From positions 256,001 to 320,000 of the forward strand of contig CAWHBU010000006.1 of NCBI GenBank assembly GCA_963827685.1: 64,000 nt of DNA, written 5' to 3'. Below the pieces are notes generated by a model, which was not told where the DNA came from, made no database searches, and saw only the letters and a list, made by a program, of their open reading frames with translations. Positions 42,309-52,585 of this stretch are shown piece by piece. Numbering within the stretch: the first letter of the stretch is position 1; every line of letters starts with the position of its first letter. The stretch comes from an uncultured delta proteobacterium. Its GTDB lineage: Bacteria > Desulfobacterota > BSN033 > UBA1163. A program made the translations under genes and the position numbers.

Positions 42309-43637
42309 TCAAAAAGAAGGGGGGACCGGGGGGATCAATTTTCTGAAATGCCGCTCTGCTCTTTTGACGGCGGGCCAGAGGCCGAGATTCATCGGCCCGA
42401 AGATGATCAGGCTTCTTTTGATATGAAAGGGATTGAAGATTCTTTTCAACATAGAGGGAAAGGAATAGAAAGACCGATTCACCTTCCAGAATCCTTCCTG
42501 AAGTTCTTCAATAGTCATCCGTTTGGGTTGAAAGACCACGGTAGCCATATCGTATTTCGACCAATCCTCTGTCAAAATTCTTCCTTCCTGCTTTAACCTC
42601 TGGTAGATCCGGGTCCCTGGAAAAGGGGTGAGGATGGGGAGGAAAGCCCCCTCAATCTTGTTCCGTTCGGCAAATTCCAAAAATTCATCGAAGACAGATC
42701 GGTCATCGAAGTCATAGCCAAAGACAAAGGAGGCATAGACTCCGATGCCAGCGTCGTGGAGTTTTTGAATCCCTCTCTCATAGGCTTCAATTCGGTTAAT
42801 CCGCTTTCCCATCAGATTCAAGTTTTCCTCACGAAGGCTTTCAAACCCAATGAAGAGCCCATGGCATCCTGCTCTAGCCATCAGGGAAACCATTTCTTCA
42901 TTCTCTGCGATATGAATCGGCCCTTGGCTCACCCAACGCAACCGATAATGCGAGAGCATGGTGAGAAGCTCTTTGGCATGGGAAAGGCTTCCAACAAGAT
43001 TATCATCCACGAAGAAGATGTAGGCCTTTGACCGTTCCAGAGATTGAATCTCTTTTTCAACTTCGGAGACCGGCCTCATGCGATAAGACTTCCCATGAAG
43101 GGCGGTCACAGAACAAAACTCACAGTCATAAGGACAGCCCCTCGTGGTCTGAATCAAATTGTGAAAGAGGTACCCCTTCGGAGGGAAAAGGTTCCTTCTT
43201 GGGATGGGAAGACGGTTAAGATCTGTTCTCTCCTTTTGGCGATAAAAAGGCTTCGTCGTTCCTTTTTCAGCATCTTCCAATATCTCCATCCAGACCTCAT
43301 CGGCTTCGCCAATGGCCACACTATCGGAATGAGCTTTCGCCTCTTCAGGAAGCCAGGAGGCGTGGATACCCCCGATCACCACCTTTTTCCCTCTCCTACG
43401 AAATTCGTCTGCAATCTCATATCCCCTCGGCGCTAAAGGAGTGATGGCGGTGATAGCGACCAGATCCGCCTCCTGATCGAAGTCGATCTCTGCGAGGCTT
43501 TCATCGATGATGCGGAGTTGATGATGCGAGGGGGTAAGCCCCGCGAGAAGGGAAGTTGAAAGCAAGGGGAATTTGAATGCGATCACGTCCCAGAAGCTGT
43601 TCTTCGGCCACCTGGGAATGACAAAAGAAATCTTCAT
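42309..43637 (-). CDS. B12-binding domain radical SAM protein
   Basis: LAGLTP, GGIHAS, GEAD, TRGCPYDCEFC, FVDDN. Confidence 0.93.
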   Translation of the reverse strand: MKISFVIPRWPKNSFWDVIAFKFPLLSTSLLAGLTPSHHQLRIIDESLAEIDFDQEADLVAITAITPLAPRGYEIADEFRRRGKKVVIGGIHASWLPEEAKAHSDSVAIGEADEVWMEILEDAEKGTTKPFYRQKERTDLNRLPIPRRNLFPPKGYLFHNLIQTTRGCPYDCEFCSVTALHGKSYRMRPVSEVEKEIQSLERSKAYIFFVDDNLVGSLSHAKELLTMLSHYRLRWVSQGPIHIAENEEMVSLMARAGCHGLFIGFESLREENLNLMGKRINRIEAYERGIQKLHDAGIGVYASFVFGYDFDDRSVFDEFLEFAERNKIEGAFLPILTPFPGTRIYQRLKQEGRILTEDWSKYDMATVVFQPKRMTIEELQEGFWKVNRSFYSFPSMLKRIFNPFHIKRSLIIFGPMNLGLWPAVKRAERHFRKLIPPVPPSF

Positions 43638-44248
43638 TCCAACTTCTTTCCTTTTAGGAATTGGGCTAACGGTCTAATCTCCACTCCCTCCGGGGCAACC
43701 CACTGAAAGGCATCCTCCGACAGGGATGGATTGATGGAGATCTCCTTCAATTTCACGTCCACGCGAGTCTCCTTCTCGGGCATCTCGATCCGAATCCGGT
43801 CTGGAAGCTCGCTTCCTTCTGGCTTTTCTGTAGAAATCTTAATGTTTGCCTTCGCGATAAGATCTGCAAATTGTGAAATTTCCCCGGTATAGGCCCGATT
43901 CTGCAAGGGGCTGAAAAGGAGGAATTCGCCACCTCGGTAAAGAACATCGAACACACCCATTCCAAACGGGTGATAGCCCAGGATGCGAATCTTATCCGGT
44001 TTCTCGTAGAGGACGATCCCGTTGAGAAGGAATTTTAACTCCTCACCTTTTCTCACGGTGTCGATACGAATCGAGGCCTTTGCCTGGAGAGATTCTGCAG
44101 AGGAAAAGGCTTCAAGAAGTTTAGCTACGGGATCCTTGACAGCTGGTGCCTCTATGGAGGGAATCCTCACAACTCTCTTGGGACACCCTGAGAGAAAGAG
44201 TACCAGTAGAAAAAGACTCAGAATCACGAACCAGGGTTTTCGGACCAT
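43634..44248 (-). CDS. Lipoprotein, LolA/LolB-like fold probable
   Basis: Lipobox LSGC; YEKPDKIRI; PEGVEI near C-terminus. Confidence 0.65.
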   Translation of the reverse strand: MVRKPWFVILSLFLLVLFLSGCPKRVVRIPSIEAPAVKDPVAKLLEAFSSAESLQAKASIRIDTVRKGEELKFLLNGIVLYEKPDKIRILGYHPFGMGVFDVLYRGGEFLLFSPLQNRAYTGEISQFADLIAKANIKISTEKPEGSELPDRIRIEMPEKETRVDVKLKEISINPSLSEDAFQWVAPEGVEIRPLAQFLKGKKLE

Positions 44249-44252
44249 TTCG

Positions 44253-45740
44253 CTATTCTCCTCTCTCAAGCCTGTTCAAAACCGCTTCTGCAGTCAATTC
44301 CCCAGAGGCAACCACTCCAGCAATCCCTCCGCCAGGAGATGTCCAATGTCCGGTAAGATAAAGATTTGAGATGGGAGTGGTGCGAGAAAGACGATAGATC
44401 CCGGATTGCCTCGGTATCTGGGCCCACCCATAGGCAGCGCCCCATCGATTGCCCGTCCACCTCTCGATGGTTTGAGGAGTGTTCTCCACCTTGACCAAAA
44501 TCCGTTTCTTTAGGTTTGGGATGAGAGCCGAGGCTTGGGTGATCAGGCGCTGGGAGAGCTCATCTTTCACCTTTTGATCCCAATTCGGGCTGAGGTGATA
44601 GGAGGTTTTGTAACTCAGACAGAGCGTACTTTGCCCCTTTGGCGCATGGGATGGATTGACCTTTGACGGAGCAAGAAGATAAAAAGGTGCATCATCCGGT
44701 ATCAGATTCTCATAGAGAGCGTGATATTCTTTTTGGAGTTGATCGTCGAAAAAGACCTCATGGTTTGAAACGGAAAGCTCATCCAATTCCCCTTCAATGC
44801 CTAAATAAAGGATATAATAAGAAAGGGAAGGTTTCATTCCCTTCAATTTTGATCGGAAGCCACTTGGAAGGTGGTCCTCTTTGATCAGGTCTGAAAATGT
44901 GTGATGGGCGTCGATATTCGAAATGACAACCTTCCCTTTCATCTCTTGGCCATCCTTTAACCGTACGCCGATTGCCTTCTTGCCCTCGATGAGAATTTGA
45001 TCAACCTCATGGCCGATCAAGATTCGCCCTCCTATCTTCTCAAGAGTCTCTCCTATTCTGAGGGGAAGTTGTTCCACCCTTCCTTCGATACAGGAAACTC
45101 CGTAGTTGAAGTAAGACATTTCGATCCCGGTCATGCCCACCACAGAGATCTCCTCAGGAGGAAGCAGCGCATAAGAGCTCCGTATCGAGAGGAGGGTTTT
45201 CAAAAAAGGATCGGAAATCCATTCATTGAGGAGTTCGCCATAAGTCTTATCCTTGTATCGGGAGAGAAAAGGATATTGGGATGAAAAGGAAGAAGGCTCA
45301 AACCAATTGAGAGAGGATCGAACATTTGAAAACTCTTCAAAGATTTTTCTCAGGACGGCATAGACCCCTTCAATTCCCTTTCTCTCATTTGGAAAAAGAG
45401 ATGAGAGGTTCTCAATGTGAGTTCCGAGATGGGAGGATTGGCTCACCTTCCTATCCGGGAAGTGATATTCTCTTGCGGGTTCGAGAGGGATGAAGTGGAT
45501 TTGAGGCAGCAGGTCTAATGCTTTCAAAATTTTCCATACTCTCCCCCCTTCTTGGCATTCCCCAATCGATTGTACAGCGAGGTCAAAAGAAAACCCATCT
45601 TTTTGGAAGGAGCTACAGCAGCCACCCACCTTTTGATTCTTTTCGATGATCAGGACCTTCAGCCCTTTTTTCGCAAGAAGACAGCCGCAGGTGAGCCCTG
45701 CCATTCCTGCTCCAATGATGATGACATCCGTATCAGACAT
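44253..45740 (-). CDS. Phytoene desaturase-family FAD oxidoreductase
   Basis: IGAGMAGL, TPQTIERWTGN..GAAYG, GHWTSPGGG. Confidence 0.9.
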   Translation of the reverse strand: MSDTDVIIIGAGMAGLTCGCLLAKKGLKVLIIEKNQKVGGCCSSFQKDGFSFDLAVQSIGECQEGGRVWKILKALDLLPQIHFIPLEPAREYHFPDRKVSQSSHLGTHIENLSSLFPNERKGIEGVYAVLRKIFEEFSNVRSSLNWFEPSSFSSQYPFLSRYKDKTYGELLNEWISDPFLKTLLSIRSSYALLPPEEISVVGMTGIEMSYFNYGVSCIEGRVEQLPLRIGETLEKIGGRILIGHEVDQILIEGKKAIGVRLKDGQEMKGKVVISNIDAHHTFSDLIKEDHLPSGFRSKLKGMKPSLSYYILYLGIEGELDELSVSNHEVFFDDQLQKEYHALYENLIPDDAPFYLLAPSKVNPSHAPKGQSTLCLSYKTSYHLSPNWDQKVKDELSQRLITQASALIPNLKKRILVKVENTPQTIERWTGNRWGAAYGWAQIPRQSGIYRLSRTTPISNLYLTGHWTSPGGGIAGVVASGELTAEAVLNRLERGE

Positions 45741-46006
45741 AATTTGAAAGTATAACACAGCACTTCGCCGTTCGTCGAATCCGCTCCTTTTTACAAATCA
45801 CGAAGTCGCTGAAAAGATTTGATCGTTTTACAAAAAAGGGGAAAGTGGTTGCTGCAATAAAGCCGAGGTAGGCGGAGTCTTCACCAAGTTTAAGAATCCT
45901 GTACACACGATTGATCAATTGATTGAGGAAATAAGGAGAGGAAATGGTCAAATCGCCCTGAAAAATAGCGATTGCGTGAGATTGGATTTAAATCGCTTTT
46001 TCCAAA

Positions 46007-46936
46007 TTACCCGGTTCGGTCTTTTGGGTCTGTTTCCTCTGCTGTAATACCGTAGACATTATAGGAGGGGGGGATCCCTCTTTTTTCGGCTGAGATGCTC
46101 ATCTCTTTGTAGGACGGATGAGCCTTGCGATTATGAGCAATGAGTGCCTTCACCACATCCCATCCTATCTTATTCCGTTTCGCCATTTCAGTAATCTCCT
46201 CAAGGGCTGTTCGATTATCATATGCTGAAGATCGATAAGGCCTAGGCATAACGAGGGCATCGTAAATGTCGCTAACAGCGATGATTTCCACTAACGGATC
46301 CTTAAGCGGGATGCCTCGTGGATATCCCGAACTATCTCTTCTTTCATGATGATCAAAGGCCACCTTGCAGGCGAGGTGTTGGGTGTTTTTGTAGTAATAG
46401 CTGAGTAGCACATAGCCTGCTGCCGCGTGATGTTCTAAAGAACCCCGCTCCGTTTTGGTGAGAGGCGTCGTCTTCTTCAGAATGTGCAGGGGCACGCAGA
46501 TTTTACCAGTGTCGTGGGTGGGACCGGTTGCGGACAGCCGGATACACCCCTCGTAGTCGGGTATCAGATCTCTTGCCAAAAGGGTAGACAAGGCAAACAC
46601 CATGAGAACATGAGTATAGGTGTACAAGTCATGCTGCCTAAAATAGTCCAGCGATTGTAGAATGGGGATGGGAAAACGAACTGTTTCTAAAAGGTTCAAG
46701 AGATCACCGATTTGCTTTTTGTCTGAGAAAATTTGTGTATAAGGAGGGCTGCTGAGAAAATTTAAACAGTCCTCTTTAACCGAACCGTACAATAGGAGGG
46801 GATATGTCTGATAGGAATCCGCCCTGTGCGAATCAATAAGGGCATCTAATGTCTCCTCTGTCACAAGGGTCCCAGGAGGGAACAATAATTGATTATCGAG
46901 TGTCCATATCGGATGCTGAAGTGTTAATCCTGGCAT
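46007..46936 (-). CDS. HD-GYP domain phosphodiesterase
   Basis: HDTGK, HHERRDSSGYP, DIYDAL...RPYR. Confidence 0.92.
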   Translation of the reverse strand: MPGLTLQHPIWTLDNQLLFPPGTLVTEETLDALIDSHRADSYQTYPLLLYGSVKEDCLNFLSSPPYTQIFSDKKQIGDLLNLLETVRFPIPILQSLDYFRQHDLYTYTHVLMVFALSTLLARDLIPDYEGCIRLSATGPTHDTGKICVPLHILKKTTPLTKTERGSLEHHAAAGYVLLSYYYKNTQHLACKVAFDHHERRDSSGYPRGIPLKDPLVEIIAVSDIYDALVMPRPYRSSAYDNRTALEEITEMAKRNKIGWDVVKALIAHNRKAHPSYKEMSISAEKRGIPPSYNVYGITAEETDPKDRTG

Positions 46937-47208
46937 AAAGGAAGACCTTCGGCTGCTAACTTATCATTGTGAATAAACGGGTGTCAATACATTTTAGAAA
47001 AAAAGGATCCCGATAAAAAGGGGTGGTCATTCGATCATTGATAGAGAAGAAAAACTGTAAAGGGATGACTCTATAGGAATACCCGTCAATCCCCTCCCTA
47101 ATTTTTCTAAAATGGATTGAAAGTTTAAAATAGATGGGTAAAAACCATAATTTCGGCAAGATTAACGATTGGTCGCAGGGCGAAAGGAGTTGATGAATAG
47201 AAGTTAGA

Positions 47209-47234
47209 GGGGAAGGACAGAAAAGTCCTTCCCC
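47209..47234 (-). terminator. Hairpin after the FadL-like gene
   Basis: GGGGAAGGAC-N6-GTCCTTCCCC; weak U tract. Confidence 0.55.
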
Positions 47235-47242
47235 CAGGATGA

Positions 47243-48475
47243 CTAAAATCTCCAGCTTAACCCAACCTCGAACGAGTCTTCCTTGAGCTTTGAGCCAAGC
47301 GTTACATTGGGCCCACCTGGACCACCAAAATTTGTCCCTGTTTCAGAGATCTTTTTCTCAAATGCATGCGTGTACCCGAGATTTATTGAAAACTTCTCGC
47401 TAAATTCGTAGCCTATACCAAAAGTCAAATGAGTCTCTACAATAGCCGGGAATCCGATGATTCTCAGATATTCGTACCCGAACGTGGAAGTGGGTACACC
47501 CTGGACGGTAGTCATTGACGCTGCATTGAATCCATTATGTTCCTTAACCGGGTTTCTCCCGTAATTGACACCCCCTCTTAAGAAGAGTTTTGGTATAGGG
47601 TTATATTGCGCGCCGAGTGAGAACACATACTGGTCCCTCCAGTCAAAGTCTTCATAGCCATTGGCATTAGACCAGTTAATCCACTTGAAATCGCCTTCTA
47701 TCAATAGCTTCTGAAAAGGCGAATAGGCTATTCCGAATCCCAGAGTCTGTGGCATTTGGAGCTTCAGGGTATCCCTGGTGCCATCACCATTAAAGTCAAA
47801 GACCCTCTCGTGCCTTATCGTTTGTGGCGTGACATAAGAGAGGCCTAAGGAGACCGGCCCGATTTTGTAAATGGCGCCAAACTGAAATCCAACGTTATAG
47901 CCGGAAGAAGTCCCGGAGCCGAGATCGAGGGCGGCATAATCCAGCTGAACGTTTGCCCCGACTGAAAGATTATCCGTGATCATATAGGCCAGATTAGGAG
48001 CAAATTTCATGACCTGATACTGTGTAAATACCTCTCCTGCGGGCCCTAAAATTGTATTAAGCCTGTCTCTATAGTCAACACCCAGTCCTGAGGTACCATA
48101 CGCTGCAATCCCAAACCTCAATCTTGAGGTAATAGGTGTTGATAGGCCTATCGCAGGAACAATGAAAACGTTTGACTGACTTCTATCGCTACTAATACCG
48201 AACCCAGGGACCTCTACTTTTCCGTGGGTCGCGGGGAGAAAGACTGTTCCTGCAAAATCAACTTGTGAACCGGGGCAGTAAGGCCCAAAACACATGCCTG
48301 CAGGATTTTCAAAAACTGCACTGATAGAATCTTGAGGAGCGGCAATTCCAACCCCTCCCATTGACCTCGCGATGGGCCCTATGGCTATGAAATTATCCCC
48401 ATTCGTAGCGTTGGCAATGCCACCCATGCTGAGCAGAAAGACAAACGGTATGGTCACAAAAAATAGTCTCTTCAT
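47243..48475 (-). CDS. FadL/TodX/OmpP1-family outer membrane channel
   Basis: Signal peptide; ATNG..IGP.ARSMGG..A, ENPAGM hatch motif; terminal F. Confidence 0.9.
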   Translation of the reverse strand: MKRLFFVTIPFVFLLSMGGIANATNGDNFIAIGPIARSMGGVGIAAPQDSISAVFENPAGMCFGPYCPGSQVDFAGTVFLPATHGKVEVPGFGISSDRSQSNVFIVPAIGLSTPITSRLRFGIAAYGTSGLGVDYRDRLNTILGPAGEVFTQYQVMKFAPNLAYMITDNLSVGANVQLDYAALDLGSGTSSGYNVGFQFGAIYKIGPVSLGLSYVTPQTIRHERVFDFNGDGTRDTLKLQMPQTLGFGIAYSPFQKLLIEGDFKWINWSNANGYEDFDWRDQYVFSLGAQYNPIPKLFLRGGVNYGRNPVKEHNGFNAASMTTVQGVPTSTFGYEYLRIIGFPAIVETHLTFGIGYEFSEKFSINLGYTHAFEKKISETGTNFGGPGGPNVTLGSKLKEDSFEVGLSWRF

Positions 48476-48647
48476 TTTCTCCCTCCTTCTTTGAATTTTC
48501 AAATATGAACGAACAACCGCTTACCGTTCTTTATTCTTCACCCCCTTTCTCCCCATCCCCATTTGATTTAACTTATTCTACTCCCGTCCTCTTTCTTCCC
48601 ATTTCAATCGTATATGGCGTAAGATTTTAATCGGTGTGGATCACCGA

Positions 48648-49895
48648 TTATTCCAGAACCAAAGCATTTGCGACCATGTTGCTCAGGAACTCCACCTTGA
48701 CTCCCATATTGTATCTCTCATTCAGAAACCCTAACTGTGTGTGGCAGTTCTCGCAGCCCGTGGCCACAATGGCTGCCCCTGTCTCTCTGATCTGATTGAC
48801 CTTCGCCTTCCCTGTCTTTTCCCTAAATTCCTCATTTTCTAAGGCAACCAGTCCTCCACCCCCTCCACAACATAAGCTGTATTCTCTGTTAGGAGTCATC
48901 TCTATGAATTCGGAAGTCAATTGGTTAAGAACATACCGAGGTTCTTCGATCACCCCACCATTGCGGGCAGACTGACAGGGATCATGATAAGTGATCACCC
49001 CATTGATTCGATCCTTTTCCACCCTGATCCTCCCCTCTTGGAGATATCTCGCCATGACCTCGGCGATATGAGAAACCTCAAAAGGTTGTTTCCCAACGAG
49101 ATGCTTCATGACCCGAAAGGCTGTCCCACATTCACAGATCACCACTTCTTTCACCTTAAGCCTGATGGCCTCGTCAATGATTCGCTTCGCAATGAGTTGG
49201 GTTTTTCTTGGATCGCCCACAAAGGCTCCAAAGTTGACCGCCTCAAAGAAGCTGAGGGTCCAGTTCTCCCTGGCCGCATTCAAGATGGAAGCCGTTGGAA
49301 CAATCGAATGTGCCCCAGCCAAAGCAACATAGAGGATGTTCGCCCCTTCAACATCTAAAGGAATGATTTGGTCAGACTCACCTCTCCATTTGGCGATGAC
49401 ATCCTTTTCCAGATTCTTAATCCCCTGAATAAAAGACTCTTTGTAAAGGTCAAGGCTTTTCCCTTTCTCGAGGGAAGCATCGGCCAGCATGGATAGAACC
49501 TCAGGTTCACTCTGATTTCCTATCAGGAGCAACTTGGCAATCGATTGAATCGCCTGGGTATCGATGCCAAAAGGGCAGTACATCATACATCTCCGACACC
49601 CTGTGCAGGAATACGCCGCCTCATAAAGTTGTTTCATCAACTCATCATTAAGTTCTGTGGCCTCCCCCCAATAGGGGAATAGTCTGCCGCTCAGTTTGAA
49701 ATAACGTTTATAAATCCTTCTGACTACCTCAGCCCGCCAAGAGGGGATATATTCGAGCTTCGGAACGGAGGCATACGCGAAACAGGCGTCCTTGCAGAGA
49801 CCGCATCGAGAGCAGACTTCAAGATAATATTGTGTCGGTTTATCCAGTTTTGATCGAAAGAGGTCGAGAAGCTTTTTCTTTTTCCCTTTATCCAC
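48648..49895 (-). CDS. HdrD/DsrK/TmcB-like Fe-S protein with CCG domain
   Basis: CSRCGLCKDAC, CTGCRRCMMYCP, ECG, YHDPC, CCGGGGG, CENC. Confidence 0.9.
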   Translation of the reverse strand: MDKGKKKKLLDLFRSKLDKPTQYYLEVCSRCGLCKDACFAYASVPKLEYIPSWRAEVVRRIYKRYFKLSGRLFPYWGEATELNDELMKQLYEAAYSCTGCRRCMMYCPFGIDTQAIQSIAKLLLIGNQSEPEVLSMLADASLEKGKSLDLYKESFIQGIKNLEKDVIAKWRGESDQIIPLDVEGANILYVALAGAHSIVPTASILNAARENWTLSFFEAVNFGAFVGDPRKTQLIAKRIIDEAIRLKVKEVVICECGTAFRVMKHLVGKQPFEVSHIAEVMARYLQEGRIRVEKDRINGVITYHDPCQSARNGGVIEEPRYVLNQLTSEFIEMTPNREYSLCCGGGGGLVALENEEFREKTGKAKVNQIRETGAAIVATGCENCHTQLGFLNERYNMGVKVEFLSNMVANALVLE

Positions 49896-49897
49896 GA

Positions 49898-50638
49898 CTA
49901 ACTCCTCTTAACGGCGTTGGAAAAAAACGCAAGTATTGAATGCGTCACCTTGCTGAACGGAAAGTAAATGAAGAAAATATTGGCCAGGAAAACATGCATA
50001 ACCAGAATTACCTGGTGGGGGGACCCCGAAATCTCGGCTGGGACGGTAGGTTGGAAACGAATCATGCTTCCTAAGTAAGTCCGGTAGGCTTCTAAGGGGA
50101 TGTCAAACCCGTAACTTGAATAAAGCCTTGCCAGATTCATGTGAGCACCAAAGAATGCGGTAACCAAGAGTCCTAAGATGAGGATGAAATCCTCAGGAAC
50201 CGATAATTCTCGGTATGGGCTCCGGAATCGGCGAAAGAGAAAATAAAGCAGGGAAAGCACCAATAATAGACCCACAAAGCCCTTCCCAAGAAAGATCTTG
50301 TGTTTCACAAATTGAATCACCTTCAAATCGGCAATCAGTTCGAGATGACCGAGAAACAAAAAGAAAATGACTATATGGAAGAGACCAAAAAAAAACCAAT
50401 AGACCGGGTCTTTCTTCCTCGTTACGTCTGGAAAGAGAAATACGTCACTCAATATAGCCAATAACTTGGATCGCTTTTTGGGGAAGACGCGAAGGGTTAT
50501 TGCCTTTGGTTTTGGTGCCAAGCCCATTTTGATCAAGCGCAAGATGGTCCCGACAATAAAAATAAATATAGCAGTGTAAAGCATGGGAACCATCACAACG
50601 TAATAAAAGTTATCCGCAAAAAGATGAAATGAATTCAA
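49898..50638 (-). CDS. NarI/DsrM-like membrane cytochrome b
   Basis: About 5 TM helices; FH..GH and MH...FSKVTH heme-ligand pattern; TTG start with GGAGG RBS. Confidence 0.85.
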   Translation of the reverse strand: MNSFHLFADNFYYVVMVPMLYTAIFIFIVGTILRLIKMGLAPKPKAITLRVFPKKRSKLLAILSDVFLFPDVTRKKDPVYWFFFGLFHIVIFFLFLGHLELIADLKVIQFVKHKIFLGKGFVGLLLVLSLLYFLFRRFRSPYRELSVPEDFILILGLLVTAFFGAHMNLARLYSSYGFDIPLEAYRTYLGSMIRFQPTVPAEISGSPHQVILVMHVFLANIFFIYFPFSKVTHSILAFFSNAVKRS

Positions 50639-50738
50639 CCTTTCCCTCCTTCAATGGGGTCTTAACCCTACTGTTCATTCTCAGGTGAATGATAAGACCT
50701 ACTTACTCCTAAAAAATTCTTTATCGATTCAATAAGGA

Positions 50739-50981
50739 TTATTTTACCCTCTTGATGAGGAATTTGATCAGACCATTTCCCTGTTCTGTCTTCAATATTT
50801 CATTCCCACTTGTTCGAGCCCATGCTGGAAAATCAGATAGAGAGCCGGGGTCAGTGGTGATTGCTTCTAAGATTTGCCCCACCGCTATCTCCTTGATCCC
50901 TTTGCTGACTTTGATCACCGGTTGGGGACAGGGTAATCCTTTTAAATCCATTGTCTTATTTGCTTTGATTTCTTCGCTCAT
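50739..50981 (-). CDS. tusA: TusA-family sulfur carrier
   Basis: DLKGLPCPQP, TDPGS..DFPAW. Confidence 0.93.
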   Translation of the reverse strand: MSEEIKANKTMDLKGLPCPQPVIKVSKGIKEIAVGQILEAITTDPGSLSDFPAWARTSGNEILKTEQGNGLIKFLIKRVK

Positions 50982-50997
50982 GATTTCCTCCACAAAA

Positions 50998-51594
50998 TTA
51001 AATGAAAAGTTGTACCTTGCTGTTTTTTGCCTGCTCCAAGAATGTGGCTACCCCTACATACTCCAAATTCGGATAGTCGATGAATTCTTCTTGCTTAAAA
51101 CCCATTAAGCTCATCGACATCTCACAGATGTAGATCTTGACACCCAGCTCTGCCGCCATATCCAGCATCTCATCTAACGAAGCAACATTCTTTTTTTTCA
51201 TGAGGGATTTCATCATGGAAGTCCCCATCCCCCCCATGTTCATCTTTGATAATTTAATGGCATTCCTCCCTTTGGGAAGCATGAAACCAAACATCTTTCC
51301 CATGAGATCCTTTCCCTTTGCCTTCTTCTTTGGGTCCCTCAGAACCGGCGTGCCCCAAAAGGTAAAGAACATCACGGCTTCCATTCCCATTGCCACAGAA
51401 CCCGTGGCGATGACAAAGGCAGCTAACACTTTGTCCAGATCGCCACTAAAAACAATGATGGAGACCTTGTCTTCCGCCCCCGGTTTGATGTTTTCAATCT
51501 GCTTCCTAAGTTCTTCCATCCGCTTTGCCAGATCGTCAACCGTCATAATTCCCTTGTTGTGACCTTCTACTTTTGTTGCCAAAATTTCAGCCAT
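50998..51594 (-). CDS. DsrE2-family sulfur transferase
   Basis: FSGDLDK, FFTFWG, ICEMSM, GVATFL. Confidence 0.92.
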   Translation of the reverse strand: MAEILATKVEGHNKGIMTVDDLAKRMEELRKQIENIKPGAEDKVSIIVFSGDLDKVLAAFVIATGSVAMGMEAVMFFTFWGTPVLRDPKKKAKGKDLMGKMFGFMLPKGRNAIKLSKMNMGGMGTSMMKSLMKKKNVASLDEMLDMAAELGVKIYICEMSMSLMGFKQEEFIDYPNLEYVGVATFLEQAKNSKVQLFI

Positions 51595-51682
51595 TGCCGT
51601 TCCTCCTTTGCATTTTTATCTCTATTATGAGAAGGGTCGTCCATCCCACCAGCAGGGAATCGGACCGAACGCAACATGAGCT

Positions 51683-51952
51683 TCATTTCATGTTAATGAA
51701 CCGATATATGGCTTTAGCCATATCATCTACCTTAACCTTCAAATCTGCCTCGTCGCGGATGCTTGGTATTGAGGAGGCACAATCTCTTATGCACCCCTCC
51801 ACAATGATTATCCCCAGTCTTCGGGCCGCAGAGGAAAGGGCTGAAATCTGTATTAGAATATCGGTACAATTACTGTCTTTTTCCACCATCCCCCGGATTC
51901 CACGTGCCTGCCCTTCAATCTTTCTAAGGCGAGAGAGTATATCCTTCCTCAT
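51683..51952 (-). CDS. CsoR/RcnR-family repressor (CstR-like)
   Basis: RLRKIEGQARGI, CTDILIQISA, CIRDC. Confidence 0.92.
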   Translation of the reverse strand: MRKDILSRLRKIEGQARGIRGMVEKDSNCTDILIQISALSSAARRLGIIIVEGCIRDCASSIPSIRDEADLKVKVDDMAKAIYRFINMK

Positions 51953-52021
51953 TTCCTCTGTTAAAGATGAAGCTTGAATTTTAGATTCTCCTTTTATCTA
52001 TGATATAATCTATAAAAATTA

Positions 52022-52093
52022 TTGTATAATTCCGATACAACCCTACCCCCCCATGGCATAATAATTATTAATAAAAAACTAACCTCCTGTCAA
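52022..52093 (-). promoter_or_regulatory. Promoter and candidate CsoR-family operator
   Basis: TTGACA (52088-52093)-N17-TAATAA; TACCCCCCCATGGCATA at 52044-52060; TTGTAT-N7-ATACAA at 52022-52040. Confidence 0.6.
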
Positions 52094-52240
52094 GTTTTAA
52101 TTTTCTTAACTTGCTAGCGTTAAAACAATAATAGTATTATATAGTTATGTCACTTCCGCTGTAGTTTTTACCCTCTCTTCCTGATGCATAGAAAAAATGG
52201 AGTATTCCCTTTTCATGGAGCTGCTGGTATAGTAAAGGGA

Positions 52241-52585
52241 ATGATTCGTGTTCTGCTGGTCTTGTTTTCTATTATCATTTTCTCTGTCCTTCTGGGGCAT
52301 TTGACCTCTGCCAAAGCCCAGGAAACAGGTACTCTGTCAGTTACAACGACGCCTGTAAGTGGAGCTATTTATGTTGACTACGTTTTTAAGGGCACCAAGT
52401 TCTGGAGTGGGGATTTGAACGTTGGATCCCATGTGGTCTCATTTGGCAATGTAGATGGCTACATCGCGCCACCCATGCAAACCGTTACGGTCATTGCAAA
52501 TCAAACGTATTATATCGTCGGTGCTTACAGAAAGTTGCTCTCCCTACCTGACCCGGTCGTAATGAGCAGCATCTGGGTTCATTGA
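52241..52585 (+). CDS. PEGA-like domain exported protein
   Basis: Signal peptide; GTLSVTTTPVSGAIYVD..GSHVVSF..GY. Confidence 0.75.
   Translation: MIRVLLVLFSIIIFSVLLGHLTSAKAQETGTLSVTTTPVSGAIYVDYVFKGTKFWSGDLNVGSHVVSFGNVDGYIAPPMQTVTVIANQTYYIVGAYRKLLSLPDPVVMSSIWVH

Noticed and set aside
42028-42426. 132-aa plus-strand ORF and a short minus-strand ORF
   Set aside because: No recognisable features; partly antisense to the radical SAM gene
48648-50638. Calling these genes dsrM/dsrK
   Set aside because: No dsrJOP, dsrC or dsrAB nearby and the Fe-S protein is shorter than typical DsrK; family-level call only
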